A stretch of DNA of 64,000 nt, taken from positions 1 through 64,000 of the forward strand of contig QPMI01000614.1 of NCBI GenBank assembly GCA_004431415.1, in the 5' to 3' direction. The notes below the pieces were generated by a model, which ran no database searches, was not told the origin of the DNA, and worked only from the letters and a program-made list of their open reading frames with translations. Below are positions 47,445 through 58,492 of this stretch, in pieces (position 1 is the first letter of the stretch; every line of letters begins with the position of its first letter). A program made the translations under genes and the position numbers. Origin of the DNA: Cyanophora paradoxa CCMP329 (Eukaryota > Plantae > Glaucophyta).

Positions 47445-47929
47445 ACGGCACATCTCTGTGTGATTAGTTTCGTTAGATTGTCTTGTATAACAATTGAATT
47501 TCCTCGCATATGCATCCTGCCTTGCCTGGCGTGCCCTTTTTAGGCGCTAAGGCGAGCTCGAGATCTAGAAGATCTAGATTAGAGATGTGAATCCAGAGCA
47601 TTTTGGATTCCAGAGCATTTGTCGGTTTCAGAGCTTTTGGTTTGACTTTCATTCATGATCAGGTTGGTTCTGATGTTCGCTAGCGGCTAGCCTGAGCTAG
47701 CAGCACATCATGGCATCTGTGATCCACCGGGCTACAATGAGACGTTACTAACGGAATAATCAGACTAGAGTAATGGTACATGTGCACAGGTACAGTACAA
47801 GCATCTGCAAAAGCAGACAAGCAGGCATCTGCAAAAGCGGATAGCGTGGATAAGAGCTAACTTTGTTACACTAGCTGTGTAAAAAAGAGCCAGCGAAGAG
47901 AAAAAAGCAAACGGTCGAAACAATCTCGT

Positions 47930-50903
47930 TTACAAAAGCTCTGAAGCGAGCTTTGCCAGCGACGAACGCTCCCCCTTCTCCAATCTGTATACAAGCAAGA
48001 GTAAGGGAAAATCTGACAGAAATCCGTGACATAGGACGTACGTAATGTGGGCGTAGCATGCCTGGCCCCGCATACGCGAGATGAGAAAATGCAAGCCATT
48101 GGAGAAGCGGTCCAAGTACGGCGTGTCAATCTAAGACATAAAGGTGAGCATCACTACAACAGATCAGAAAATGAAAACCCCGACCTGCTGCACGTCGCCA
48201 GTGAAGATAATCTTCGTGCCCTCACCAGCGCGAGTAATGATGGTCTTGACCTCAAGAGGTGTGAGGTTCTGAGCCTGGAGCAAATCTTAGCTTTCATATG
48301 AGGATGTCAAAATGTGAACAAAAGGAGGACCTCATCAACGATGAAAAAGCACTCCTGCAGGGACCGGCCGCGAATGTATGCGAGCTGCGAGAGACTCTCA
48401 GCAAGGAGGCGACATTTCGCTTCTGGGTCAAGGCAGACCGGCGTGATCACAAGCTTCTCGGAATTGACGACGTCCTTGCCAGTGCTCTCGCCACCGTTTT
48501 TGCTCTTCTTCTTCGAGGAAGAGTCGCCCTCACCCGCAAACTAGAGACACTGGAGTGAGGTGGAGGCACTTGGGTGCTGGAGTTGGGGGTTTACCTGGTG
48601 CTTGATCACTGCGAGGTTGTCGTAGAGCGGCTGCATGTACGGATCGATCTTGGCGTTCATGTCGCCTGGAAGATACCCAAGATCACGATTGCTCAAAGGG
48701 ACGATCGGGCGAGCCAGATAGATCTGCAGGCAAGTATGATGGAAAGCTGAATTCTCGGTGTGGGGGGCCTGCCTGCTGGTACTTCGCGTGCTTCTGCAGA
48801 GCCGCCGCCAGGGCCAGGAGAGTCTTGCCCGTGCCGGCACTGCCGGAGATCGACTGCGCGGAGCTCAGCGTCGCCGAGGCAGGCGGCGCAGCAGGGCATG
48901 CCACGAGTGTGATCTTGTCGTTCAGGAGGTGGGAAAGTGCGAAGGCTTGCTCGGCGTTGCGCGGGCTGATTCGGCTTGCGGGTTCTTTCGCCACGCGGAC
49001 GTACGCGGCGAGCTCCTCGTCGTAGTAGGCGAGCACAGAGCGCGATGGCCCCTTCAAGATGAAGTTCTAAGAGGGGCGTGAGCGGGGATAAGAGGCCAGT
49101 CTCGGGGGGCGGGCGCGCCTCGTTGGCCGTCGGGTCGGAGATGAGGTGCTCCAGCTCTTCGGCGGCGACCTGATGCACCGCTTAGAGGGCCGTCGGGCAT
49201 CACGGGGCTACGGGGCTGTCGGCTCACATGAAAGGGCTCCCTGTAGAAGTCGTCGATGACGCTGGACGGCACGTTCTCGATGGTACGCTTGCCAGTGAAC
49301 TCCTGCATCACGAGAGAAGTATCGCGATCCGTGTTGTAATCTGCGGAGGGGCGCGGGGGTCAGAGGCGTCGCTGTTACCCTCCGAAAAGGGCCCTCGCAC
49401 CCTGGGCCTGCAGACCGAGCGCGCGGGCTTTCATTCGCAGGTTCACTGCAGGAAAGGGGCCTCAGGACCTGCCCCCGAGCTCGGAGGCTTCAGGAGGTCC
49501 GACGGGGCGCACCGTCCTTGGAGACGAGGACGATGGGCTGCGCTGAGCCCGCCTTCTCCTGTTCGAGCATCTCCTGCTCCCGCTGCATCTGGTACACAAC
49601 CTGTCGGATGGGATGCTTGAGCGCGAGCAGCATAGCCCACGAAACCAAGAAAAGAGGCACGTTGAGAATCCTGTGGTCCGCAGTATTCTCGTGAAAGACC
49701 CGCTGGGGGCGCTGTCAAGACAAGCGAGAGCGCTCGTGAACAGCACTGAAAATACCGCAAAGACTTCGCTCGCGATAGATTCCTTCTCCGTCAGCGCAAC
49801 ACGAATGCGGCCGTGCCTGCGCGAGGCAGGTGGGTGCATCGCACGTAGATTCGGGATGAAAAGGAAACAAACCCTTCGCCAATGCGCACCCCAGCGCCTG
49901 TGCACGCAGTAAGAGGCAAGAAAAGAAACCAGCGATGACTGGCAGACCATAGAACAGCTCGTCGCTGCCTTCGGACTGGCGTTTGGACGCCATTTCCGTG
50001 GCGACGCAAAGGTCGTCAATCTTGCGCAGGAACTCTCGCGCGTGCCAATTGATCAGCTCATTGCCCTTCTTGAACCGGTCGAGCTCTTCGAGGACCGCTA
50101 AGACAGGGGCGAGTGAGCCGTGCAGGGGGACTTGGTGCGGCCAGGCGGGCCCGGCGGGCTGATGGGCGGCGCACTGATTGGGATCGCCAAGTCGTTATCC
50201 GTAAAACTGAAGATACATGAGCTGTCGTGCAGAATGACGTTCGTGTCCTGAATGAAGTAGGGAGCAAGCGTCAGATGCGCTACCGAATCTAGATCTGGCG
50301 TGCGCGGCGCGACGGAAGACCGTGCGTACAAGAACAAAGCACTTCTTGCGCTTCTCTTTCGCTTGCGCCGAGCTGTCAGCCGACGCCGCTGTCGCCTTGG
50401 TTTTCGTTGAAGCTTTCCGAGAGGTGGTTGACTTGCGCGCGCGCGCGGCGGCGGCACGCTTAGTCTTCGGCGCTTCGAGCTTCTCCTCGTCCGCCACCAA
50501 CTCTGGCGCTGCGGCGGCGCGCGTCAGCAGCGGAGCTCACTAGGCGCACAACCGACCTGGAGCTCACTGGGCTCAATGACAGACGGCTCCTTCGTGCGCT
50601 TTATCTTCGCCAGTGCCTTTTCTAGAAGTGGGCTGAGCGGCTGCTGGCTCCGCTTTGGCGCCTCGGCGACGGCCTCCCCTGCTTCGACACACGTCACATC
50701 GCTCCGGGAGCGACACACGGGGATGATTGCAACGTACCATATACGTACAGAGGGCGAGGGGGCGCCGGGCTCGTCGGCGAAAACCGCCGGGGCGCCTTGT
50801 AGGAACTTTTTTGAAGGCTGATGCCGCGGAATGGACAGGCCAAGCTTAAAGGCGTCGTTCGGCTGGATTCAGTGGCAGGAACTGCTAGAATGAAGCCGGC
50901 CAT
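47930..50903 (-). CDS. PIN-PhoH fusion (PhoH2/YlaK-type RNase plus ATPase/helicase) with predicted plastid transit peptide
   Basis: PIN: FVL|[31 protein letters not shown]|VNLRMKA. PhoH: [37 protein letters not shown]|AQNLTP, GDVQQ|ID, GERSSLA. N-terminus [10 protein letters not shown]. Confidence 0.93.
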
Positions 50904-50959
50904 GCCTCTGTCGGCGTCGCGCGTGCAGCCGCAAGCCGCCTTTGCGGGTACACGCTCCA

Positions 50960-51642
50960 ATGCTCCGCCAGGCCTCACGGGCGCTCTCGGGCCTCGGCGA
51001 GCAGCGCTTCGGCGCGCTGCAGCGCTCGTGCGCGATCTGCGCCGCACGCCGCGCGAGCGGATCGCCGAGCCCGAGCGGATCGCCGAGCCCGAGCGGATCG
51101 CCCGGTGCGCGCGCTGCGCTGCCGTCTGATTCAGATTGTGCACGTTGTCGCGTTCAATCGGTTTACCCGCGATCCTGTTTGCTGCTGCGCCCCGAATTTG
51201 CGCAGGCGCGCGCTCACGGACCCCGCGGATGCGCAGGCGCAACACTGGTGGAGAACGTCGACAGCACACGCATTGATGAGTCCGGTGCCGCGCCGCCCCG
51301 CCTTGCATCCGGTGCGCGTCCGATTCAATCTCGTCATGATCCGCGGCCTGAACGCCGAACGCTCGCTTCAGACGTGACGCCGGAGGTCCTCGACGAGCTC
51401 TTGAAGCACAGAAAGCCGAGCGGTCTGAACCCCTTCGCGCTGCAGGGCCCGGGGCGCCGGCCTTCCCACCACCTGATGTGAGCGCAGGGAGCCCGCGGCC
51501 GCCGCCGCCGCAGTACACCGACGACCAGGGGCAGCCCGCCGGCGCCGGCGACGAGAAGCCCGGAGCGGAGGGCCCCGGCACGCGCAGCGGGGCGGACTCG
51601 ACGAAAGGCGGCGAGCCGGGCGCTCTCTCAAACTCCGGCTGA
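50960..51642 (+). CDS. Small hypothetical protein, possible mitochondrial presequence
   Basis: MLRQASRALSGL... start. Exons ATLVENVDSTRIDES|DVTPEVLDELLKHRKPS|GSPRPPPPQY...NSG*. Confidence 0.55.
51054..51102 (+). repeat. 18-bp tandem repeat (GAGCGGATCGCCGAGCCC) x about 2.7, likely intronic
   Basis: Read directly. Confidence 0.85.
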
Positions 51643-51949
51643 CGGGCTGCGTATCATAGTATGCATACGTGGCATCGCGGCATGGCGAATTCGAATTCGA
51701 AGCCCTGCATGCGCAGCTGCAAGCGCGGCGTCCCGCGGCCGTGCCCCGGATCACTCTGACAGTGTTGTCTCAGATGTATATAAATAATCCATGCACATGT
51801 GCAGCCTGGCAGTCCACGGGCCCGAGCCCCGGCCCTAGGCCTGCCGGCGCCGGCCGGGGCCCGGCCCGGCGGGGCGCGGCCATGGCACCGGTGAGGCCTG
51901 CGGCCGGGGCCCCACGGTATCCTCATTGGTAGCTACAGAAACGGGGCGC

Positions 51950-51973
51950 GGGGGGGGGGGGGGGGGGGGGGGG
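51950..51973 (+). repeat. Poly-G tract (about 24 nt) between convergent genes
   Basis: Read directly. Confidence 0.9.
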
Positions 51974-52191
51974 CCACTGCTCGAGGGACGGCCAGGGATA
52001 GCATATTGTTGTCACAATTAGAAAACTAGCGCGCGCGCAATTGCACAATTAGCGCACACGTGCGAGCAGCGACGACGGGTGCTCAACGATCGCTTCCGAT
52101 TCGAGAATACATTACATCGGAGACGAGGGCCGAATCCTTGAAGAGTCGTGCACGGGCCGCCGGGACGGATGCAGCGACTTGCTCAGCTAGC

Positions 52192-54239
52192 TCAGAAGGG
52201 CATGTCGATGTTGACGTTGTCCCAGTTGTCGAAGTTCTGCCCCGGCTGGCGGGCGGGCGGTCAGAGCCCTCACAGATTCGCCCCCTCGAGGCTTGAGGCG
52301 ACCTACACGAGCTCGAGGCGCGTACAGGGGGCAGCGGGGGCGGCGAGGGCGCACCTGGCCGCTTGTGGACGACAGCTCGGACTCCCGGAGGCGCTGGCCC
52401 GAGCCCTGCTGCATGCCGCCCTGCGACTGGAAGCCGGCCTGGCCCTGGAAGCTGCCCTGGCCCTGCGGCTGCGAGGAGCGCTGTCCCTGCCAGCCCTGGC
52501 CCCTCTGCTGCTCGGCCCGCTGCACGGAATCCGGGGTAAGGGGCGCCAGTGTCGAGAGGCGAGGGCGACGCACGCTGAAGAACGTGTTACCGAATGCGCC
52601 GAAGCCGCCTCCGCTCGTAGCCCGCTGCCATCCCTGCACGTGAACGTGCCCAGTCGGGCTGCCGGCTTGGCCGGGCGACAGCTGCAGAAAACTTCAGATC
52701 TCACCTGCGGGATGTTCGGCTGGCCCCAGCCGCCCTGCTGCTGCTGTCCGCCCCAGCCGCCCTGCTGGCCACCCCAGCCACCCTGCTGGCCGCCCCAGCC
52801 TCCTTGCTGGCCGCCCCAGCCGCCCTGCTGGCCGCCCCAGCCTTGCTGCGGGCCACCGAAGCCCTGCAGAATAGTGGGTCCTCAAGCAGGCGGAGGTCAA
52901 GTGCGACTCGGCGGCGATCAGGATACGCACGCCCTGGAAGCCGCCCTGCCCGAAGCCCTGCGCACGAAAACACCAATCTGCAAGTCAGAAGGGGCTCGCA
53001 CGCTCGTGACGTGACAACATACGCCCTGGAAGCCCTGGCCGCCGAACCCCCCGAAGCCTGTCCGAAAGCATGTTAGCGGTGCGGGGCCCGCGAGGCTGCG
53101 GTGGGCGCACCGCCAGGCCCGCCTCCAAGCTGCCGGCCGAGGCCGCCGCCTGAGACGCGTGAGACGGGCCTCGAGTGTGCGGGAGGCGGGACTCGCACCG
53201 GGGAGCCCTGGCGTGGCGTACTGCGCGAAGGGATCGTCCGGCTGGGGCAGCACCATCAACGGGCCGCCGCCAGGGACGCCGCCCGGGAACGCCTGCAGCG
53301 GAATTCTCTGAGCCCGACACCGGCACGGCACACACCGCGCGACGTGCTCGGGACCGCACCAGGGTGGCCGGGTCGCTAGGGTTCAGGCGGTTCGGGTCCA
53401 CACGGCCAGCCTCCTGCGAAGCGCAATTCAGTCCAACCCTGAAATATTCGAGGCCGGTGCCGCACGATCTCGCGACGGATGAACTCCTGCATGCGCGTGT
53501 CATAGCGCGGCGGGAATTCGACGCCGCATCGCTCCGACTCACCTCCATGGCCTGCGCCTTCCGCGCGTGGTACTGCGCGCCCATGCGCCGCATCAGGAGA
53601 AACGGGCGAGGAAGCGGCGGAGTCGATGTGTATAAACCAGCGCGCCTGCGCGGGAATGCCGCCGCCGATGACGGCGTGGGGCGTGCGCTTCCGCTGCTCC
53701 AGCCTCGCCATGCAGATCTACGAAGCGAGCGTCAGGAAGCGAGGCTGCCGCGCGTCGACGAAAGGCGCGCCTCGACGGCCTGCTCATGGGTGACTCCGGC
53801 TGCGCGGGCTCCTCGTGAGCAACGATGGCGCAAAGTGGCGGGGCTGCACGCACGAGGGATCAGGATCTGCCAAGCCAAGCGAGGACGGCGAGTCAGATGC
53901 AGCGCGCGTCGCGTACAAGCGCTCGGAAAACGCGCGGCGCGTGAAATAAGCAGCCCAATGCGCAAGAGCCAACTCTACGAGAACTACGGGCTAGCGCTCC
54001 ACGTGCACGCGAAGCAATCCGATCCGCGGCAGACCTCGAAGCCGGCGCTCGTCGGGATGACCTCTGCGGCCTGGCGTTCGGCCTCCCTGTTCGCAAGCGC
54101 CGGCTTCAGCCAGGTGCCCACTCAGGGTAAGCCCGGGAGAGCTCGGGAGAGCTCGGGAGAGCAGCCGGCGCGCGTGCGCGCGTCACCGCAGGGCCGCTCA
54201 CCGGATGAGCTCCTGTCCGCTCTTCTGATAGGATGCCAT
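52192..54239 (-). CDS. Gly/Gln-rich GWG/FG-repeat protein of unknown function
   Basis: Start MASYQKSGQELIR. Microexons GFGGFGGQGFQG and GFGQGGFQG, then about 6 GGWGGQQ-type units at 52720-52845. Last exon NFDNWDNVNIDMPF* has all G/C-ending codons. Confidence 0.72.
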
Positions 54240-54430
54240 CGTCGACGTCGGATCGTGTGCGGGGTGGCGGTCGGTGCGATCGTTGGCTTTGTACCCGGGT
54301 CGCACCACTGGCCGTACCGGTACCCGCCCGGCAGCCTTCCTCTGTTTTTCGCGATCGGTCACAGGAGCCCGCGAGCAGCTGCAGCGCGAGCATATTGGCC
54401 TGGTGCTTTTGGAAACATACAGGCCGCGCG

Positions 54431-57400
54431 CTAGGCTCCGGGGCTGCTTCCCGCCGCAGGTGCTGGAGGGGACGCCGCGAGGATGGCTGTGGCGGCCGCC
54501 GCGCCGTGCCCCTTCTGTCCGCGGTGGCCTCGCGAGTGACGCCGCCGGTGCGGCGGCCGGCCCGTCGAGTCCGCGGCGCCGACCGCCTGTGGCGAGAGGC
54601 GCGGCCCGCGCGGCTGGGGCGGCTCCGGCTGGAGAAGCCGGGCGCGCGCTGCGGCTGGGGCGGGGTGTGTCGCGGGTGGTGGTGCTGGGGTGGGGTGGGA
54701 GGGTGCGGCGGCGGGCCGTCGGGCGGGTGGGCGAGCTGCGGGCGGGGCGGGGAGGAGTGGTGCCTCTCGCCGGGGGCGTGGCCGGCGTGGCGCTGCCCGC
54801 GCTGGGGCCCTCGGGAAGGGCGGCGGCCACTGGGGCGGGCCCCGGCGCGCCCGCGGGAGGCTCGGCTCGAAGAAGGCCGCCGCGAAGCTTGAAGAGGCGG
54901 CGGCCTGGCGCCTCAGGAGGGGCGCGAGGGGCGCCGGCGGGCTGGCGGCGGCGCGCTCGCCCGGGGCCCAGCTGGCCGTGAGCGCCATCGCGTCCCGCAG
55001 GGTCACCCACGCGCTCCGCCTGCGCGGGCGGCGTCGGGTCTCACAGCGGGCTCTCGCGGCGCGCGGGGGGCGGACCAGTGGGCGGCGGGCGGCGGGCCGG
55101 GCAGCGGGTGGAGGGTCGTGGGAGGCGCCACGGGCGGCGTCGGGTCCGGGCGGGACGGCGCAACCGGTGCTGGAAGCATATCACCTTCGGGCCTGCGGCG
55201 TGCATGAGAGAGGAGCGCGGGGCTAGCGGCGGGCGGGCTGGGCGGACGCGGCGGCCGGGGCGGGGGCGGGGGAGGAGGACGGGGAGGAGGTGTCGGCGCT
55301 GGAGGGAGGGGACGGGCGACGCGGAGCCCGGCGAGGAGGAGGGGCCGGAGCGGAGGCCGGGGCCGGCGCGGGCTTCGGGGGGCTGGAGGGCGAGCTGGGG
55401 CCACTCCGCGCGGGAGAGGGGCGCCGCCGCCGGGGCCCGGTGGGCTCGGGGTGGGAGGGGGAGGCGGGACGCTCGAGGCGCGCCTTCTCGGGTGAGACGA
55501 CCGCCGCCCACGACGAGGCGGCGCCCGCGGCGCCCTCCGGCCCCGCCCCCGCGCCCCGCCGCCTGGTGCGCCCAGAAGGCCGGCCCGCCGCCGCTGCTGT
55601 TGTGAGCGCCGGCGGGGCCGGCCGCGGCTTGGGCGCGGGAGCTTGCGCGGCGGCGCGGCGGCTGGTCCGCGGGGCGGGGCCGACGCGCGGAAGCGGCGCG
55701 GAGCGGGTGCGTCTGCGGTCGACGAGAGACCAAGCCGCCGCCGGGTCGTCATCCGCCGCCGCCGCCGCTGCTGCTGCTGCTGCTGCGGCCGCCGCCTCGG
55801 CCGCCTGTGCTTCGTGCTCCTCGCTCGATCCCGCGTCCTCGTCCTCCTCGTCTTCGCCGTCCCCCTGCCGTCCTCGTGGTGCGCATCGTCCTCCTCGCCG
55901 TCGCCGTGCTCCCGGGGGCCCCGGCGGGGGCGGCGGGGCGGCCTCGGCGGGGCCGGCGGCGGTGGCGGCTGTGCTCGCCGTCGCGCTCCCGCTCCCGCAC
56001 GCCGACCCGCTCTCCTCCTCGCTCTCCAGCCTGCGCCCCGCCGCGTCGGCCCCCGCGCCCGCCCCCCGCGCCCGGGAGCCGGCACCCGCTGTCGCTGGCG
56101 TCGCTGGTGGCGACGGCCGCTGCGGCGCCCTCCACGCCGAGCTCTGCGCGGCCGCCGTCAGCCGGCGCGGCGCACAGCGGCGCGCGGGCCGGGCGCACTC
56201 TCGAAGGGGAGGGCCGCCAGCCGCGGCGGGAGGGGCCGCTCACCCACCAGCTCCCCTACGGCCCCGCCCCGCCGTCAGCGCCCCGCAAGGCAGACGGGGC
56301 GGCCGGCGCACCGCTCTCGTAGTACTGGAGGCAGAGGCGGGCGGCGCGGGGCTCGGGGGGTGGCCCCTCGGCGCCCTCAGCCGCGGGCGACGCGGGGCGC
56401 GCGTCGCAGGCGTAGATCATGAGCCCCTCCGGCTTGCCCATGCGCCACGTTCCCCGGTACCTGCCGCCCCGCATCGGCCCCGCGGAAACAGCTGGACCGG
56501 CCGGCGCCGCGCACCGCTCGCCGCGCTCGTTCGCAATGGTGCCGCTCACGAGGTAGCCGGCCCGCCACTCCCCCTCCCGCACCGTCCCGTTCGGATCCGT
56601 CCGCTTTCCGCGCGCGAAGGAGCCTGCCAGCCCGCCCCGGCTCGCCCTCGCGCTCGGCCCCGCTCAAGCTGCGCGGCGCACCGTCCTTGGGGTTCCACGT
56701 CCCCTCGAAGAGCGTGCCGTCCGCAAGGCGGCGCCGGCCTGCGAGGCCCGGGGTGTCAGCGGTGCAAGGGGCCTTCAGGCGCGGGCCTGTGCGAACCGGA
56801 GACAAGGACGCCGCCGGAGAACTCGCCCTCGAGCAGCTCCCCGTCGGAGGTCACCTGCCGCCGGCGCCCCCTCAGGTGGGGCGCGCGGCCGCGGCGGGGC
56901 GGGGCGGGGCGGGGCGCGGCGGGGCGGGCCTTGGAGCAGCCGGGCCCGTGGAGCTTGCCGTCGGACTCGCGGAAGGTGCCCTGTACGCGCGTGCCGCCGC
57001 ACGAGATCGAGCCCCGCACCAGCTAGCGAGGGCCCGCGTCAGATCAGCGGCTCGCCCCGCCACGGCGCGGCCGCCACCTTGTTCCTGACGAACTCGCCCT
57101 CCTCGCGGCGCCCGTCGGGGAAGAGCTGCACGAAGCCGTCGTCCAGGGCGATCGGCCCCGGGGGCGGGGTTGGGGTGGGCGCCTCACCTTGAGGCAGTTC
57201 TTGCCACTGAGGGCCCCGTCCACCCACGTGCCTGCGTCCTTGCCCCCGTCGGGGTATAGGTACACGCCCTGCGCGGCGCGGCGCCCTCGCTTTCAGCTGC
57301 AGGGCGTGGGGCGAAGCGGAGGGGACGGGGAGGCGGCGGGCCTTGCCGTGGCGGCGCCCGAGGCGCAGCTCGCCGATGTAGCGGTGCTTATCGTACTGCG

Positions 57401-58194
57401 CGGCGGGCAGGAGGAGTTCAGGTGGCGCGAGAAGACGCGGGGGGCAGGGCGCGGGGGCGCCTGGCCGGCGTAGACGATGATGCCGCGCTCCATGCTGTCG
57501 TTGCTCCACACGCCCTCCCACACGTCCCCGTTCGTGGAGATGTACTTTCTGATCGGTGCCGCCATTCAGCGCGGGCGCTCTGTCGCGGCAGAGGGAGCTC
57601 TCGCACCCCTTCCCGCTCCGCTTGCCCGACCGCCACTCCCCCTCGTACCTGCTCCCATTCCCCTGCGCCCGGGTGAGCATGCGGAGCGGTCCCTGCAGTT
57701 CATATACTCACCCACTCGTAGATCCCCGATCGGAACGAGCCCTCGACCCACGTCCCCTGGGCTTTGTCGCCGTTCGCGAACTGAGCGCGGCTGCGTGTCG
57801 ATCTCTACGCTCGCGCCGTGCGGCTCTGCAGTAGAGCGCACCTGTATCGAGCCTTCTCCATGGAACAAGCCCCGCACGAACTCGCCCTTGTACGCCGCGC
57901 CAGCGCGCTCCTGCGGATCGAGGCGGAGGGTCGGACATCGAGAACGTGAATGTGTCCAGGCGGAGCCCCTCGTGCCCTCGCTGGACGTCATGAAGACATG
58001 CCGGACGCGGGCGTCCACTCGCTCGCGTTGTGCGTGGGGCCGCAGCGCACCTTGCAGGCGAGGCTTCCGAGCCAGCTGCCCTCCGGCTGGCTCTGGCTCG
58101 TGTGCGGACGACCGCGTTGCAGCGGTCCGGAGTAGATCGATCCGTCTGGGAGCTGCTTACGCTCCACGACGACGACCTCGCCGGCGCTCCCCAT
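54431..58194 (-). CDS. MORN-repeat protein with low-complexity C-terminus
   Basis: PDGSIYSGPL, YKGEFVRGLFHGEG, NGSRYEGEWRSGKRSGKG, YRGTWRMGKPEG and similar MORN units. Confidence 0.85.
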
Positions 58195-58492
58195 GGCCAC
58201 CGATCGCTATATAGCTACGTTTGAGGAGCCGTAATGACACATCCTGCGACGCCGGTCTGTCTGTGTTGAGCTCGAGGAGCAAGTCGCGGCAAGGCGTCTG
58301 CGTGTACCCGTGAGAAGATCATTCCCCGTGAAAATTGATCAAGAAACCGTCATGGTCACCTCTGCGTTGAATGGACTGCGACGCAGAACGGGGTGCCAGA
58401 ACCGCACACACATTTGTGAAACGGATGCGCAGGCATAAACGTTAACACACTCGCAGCCGCGGAAACTACAACGCGGGGATCCTAGACTAGGA

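Noticed and set aside
47930-50903. Bacterial contamination explaining PhoH2
   Set aside because: The gene has many spliceosomal introns and is embedded among host genes.
52192-54239. Calling the gene a bacterial-type SSB
   Set aside because: The linker and tail resemble SSB but no OB-fold motifs are seen in the N-terminal exons.
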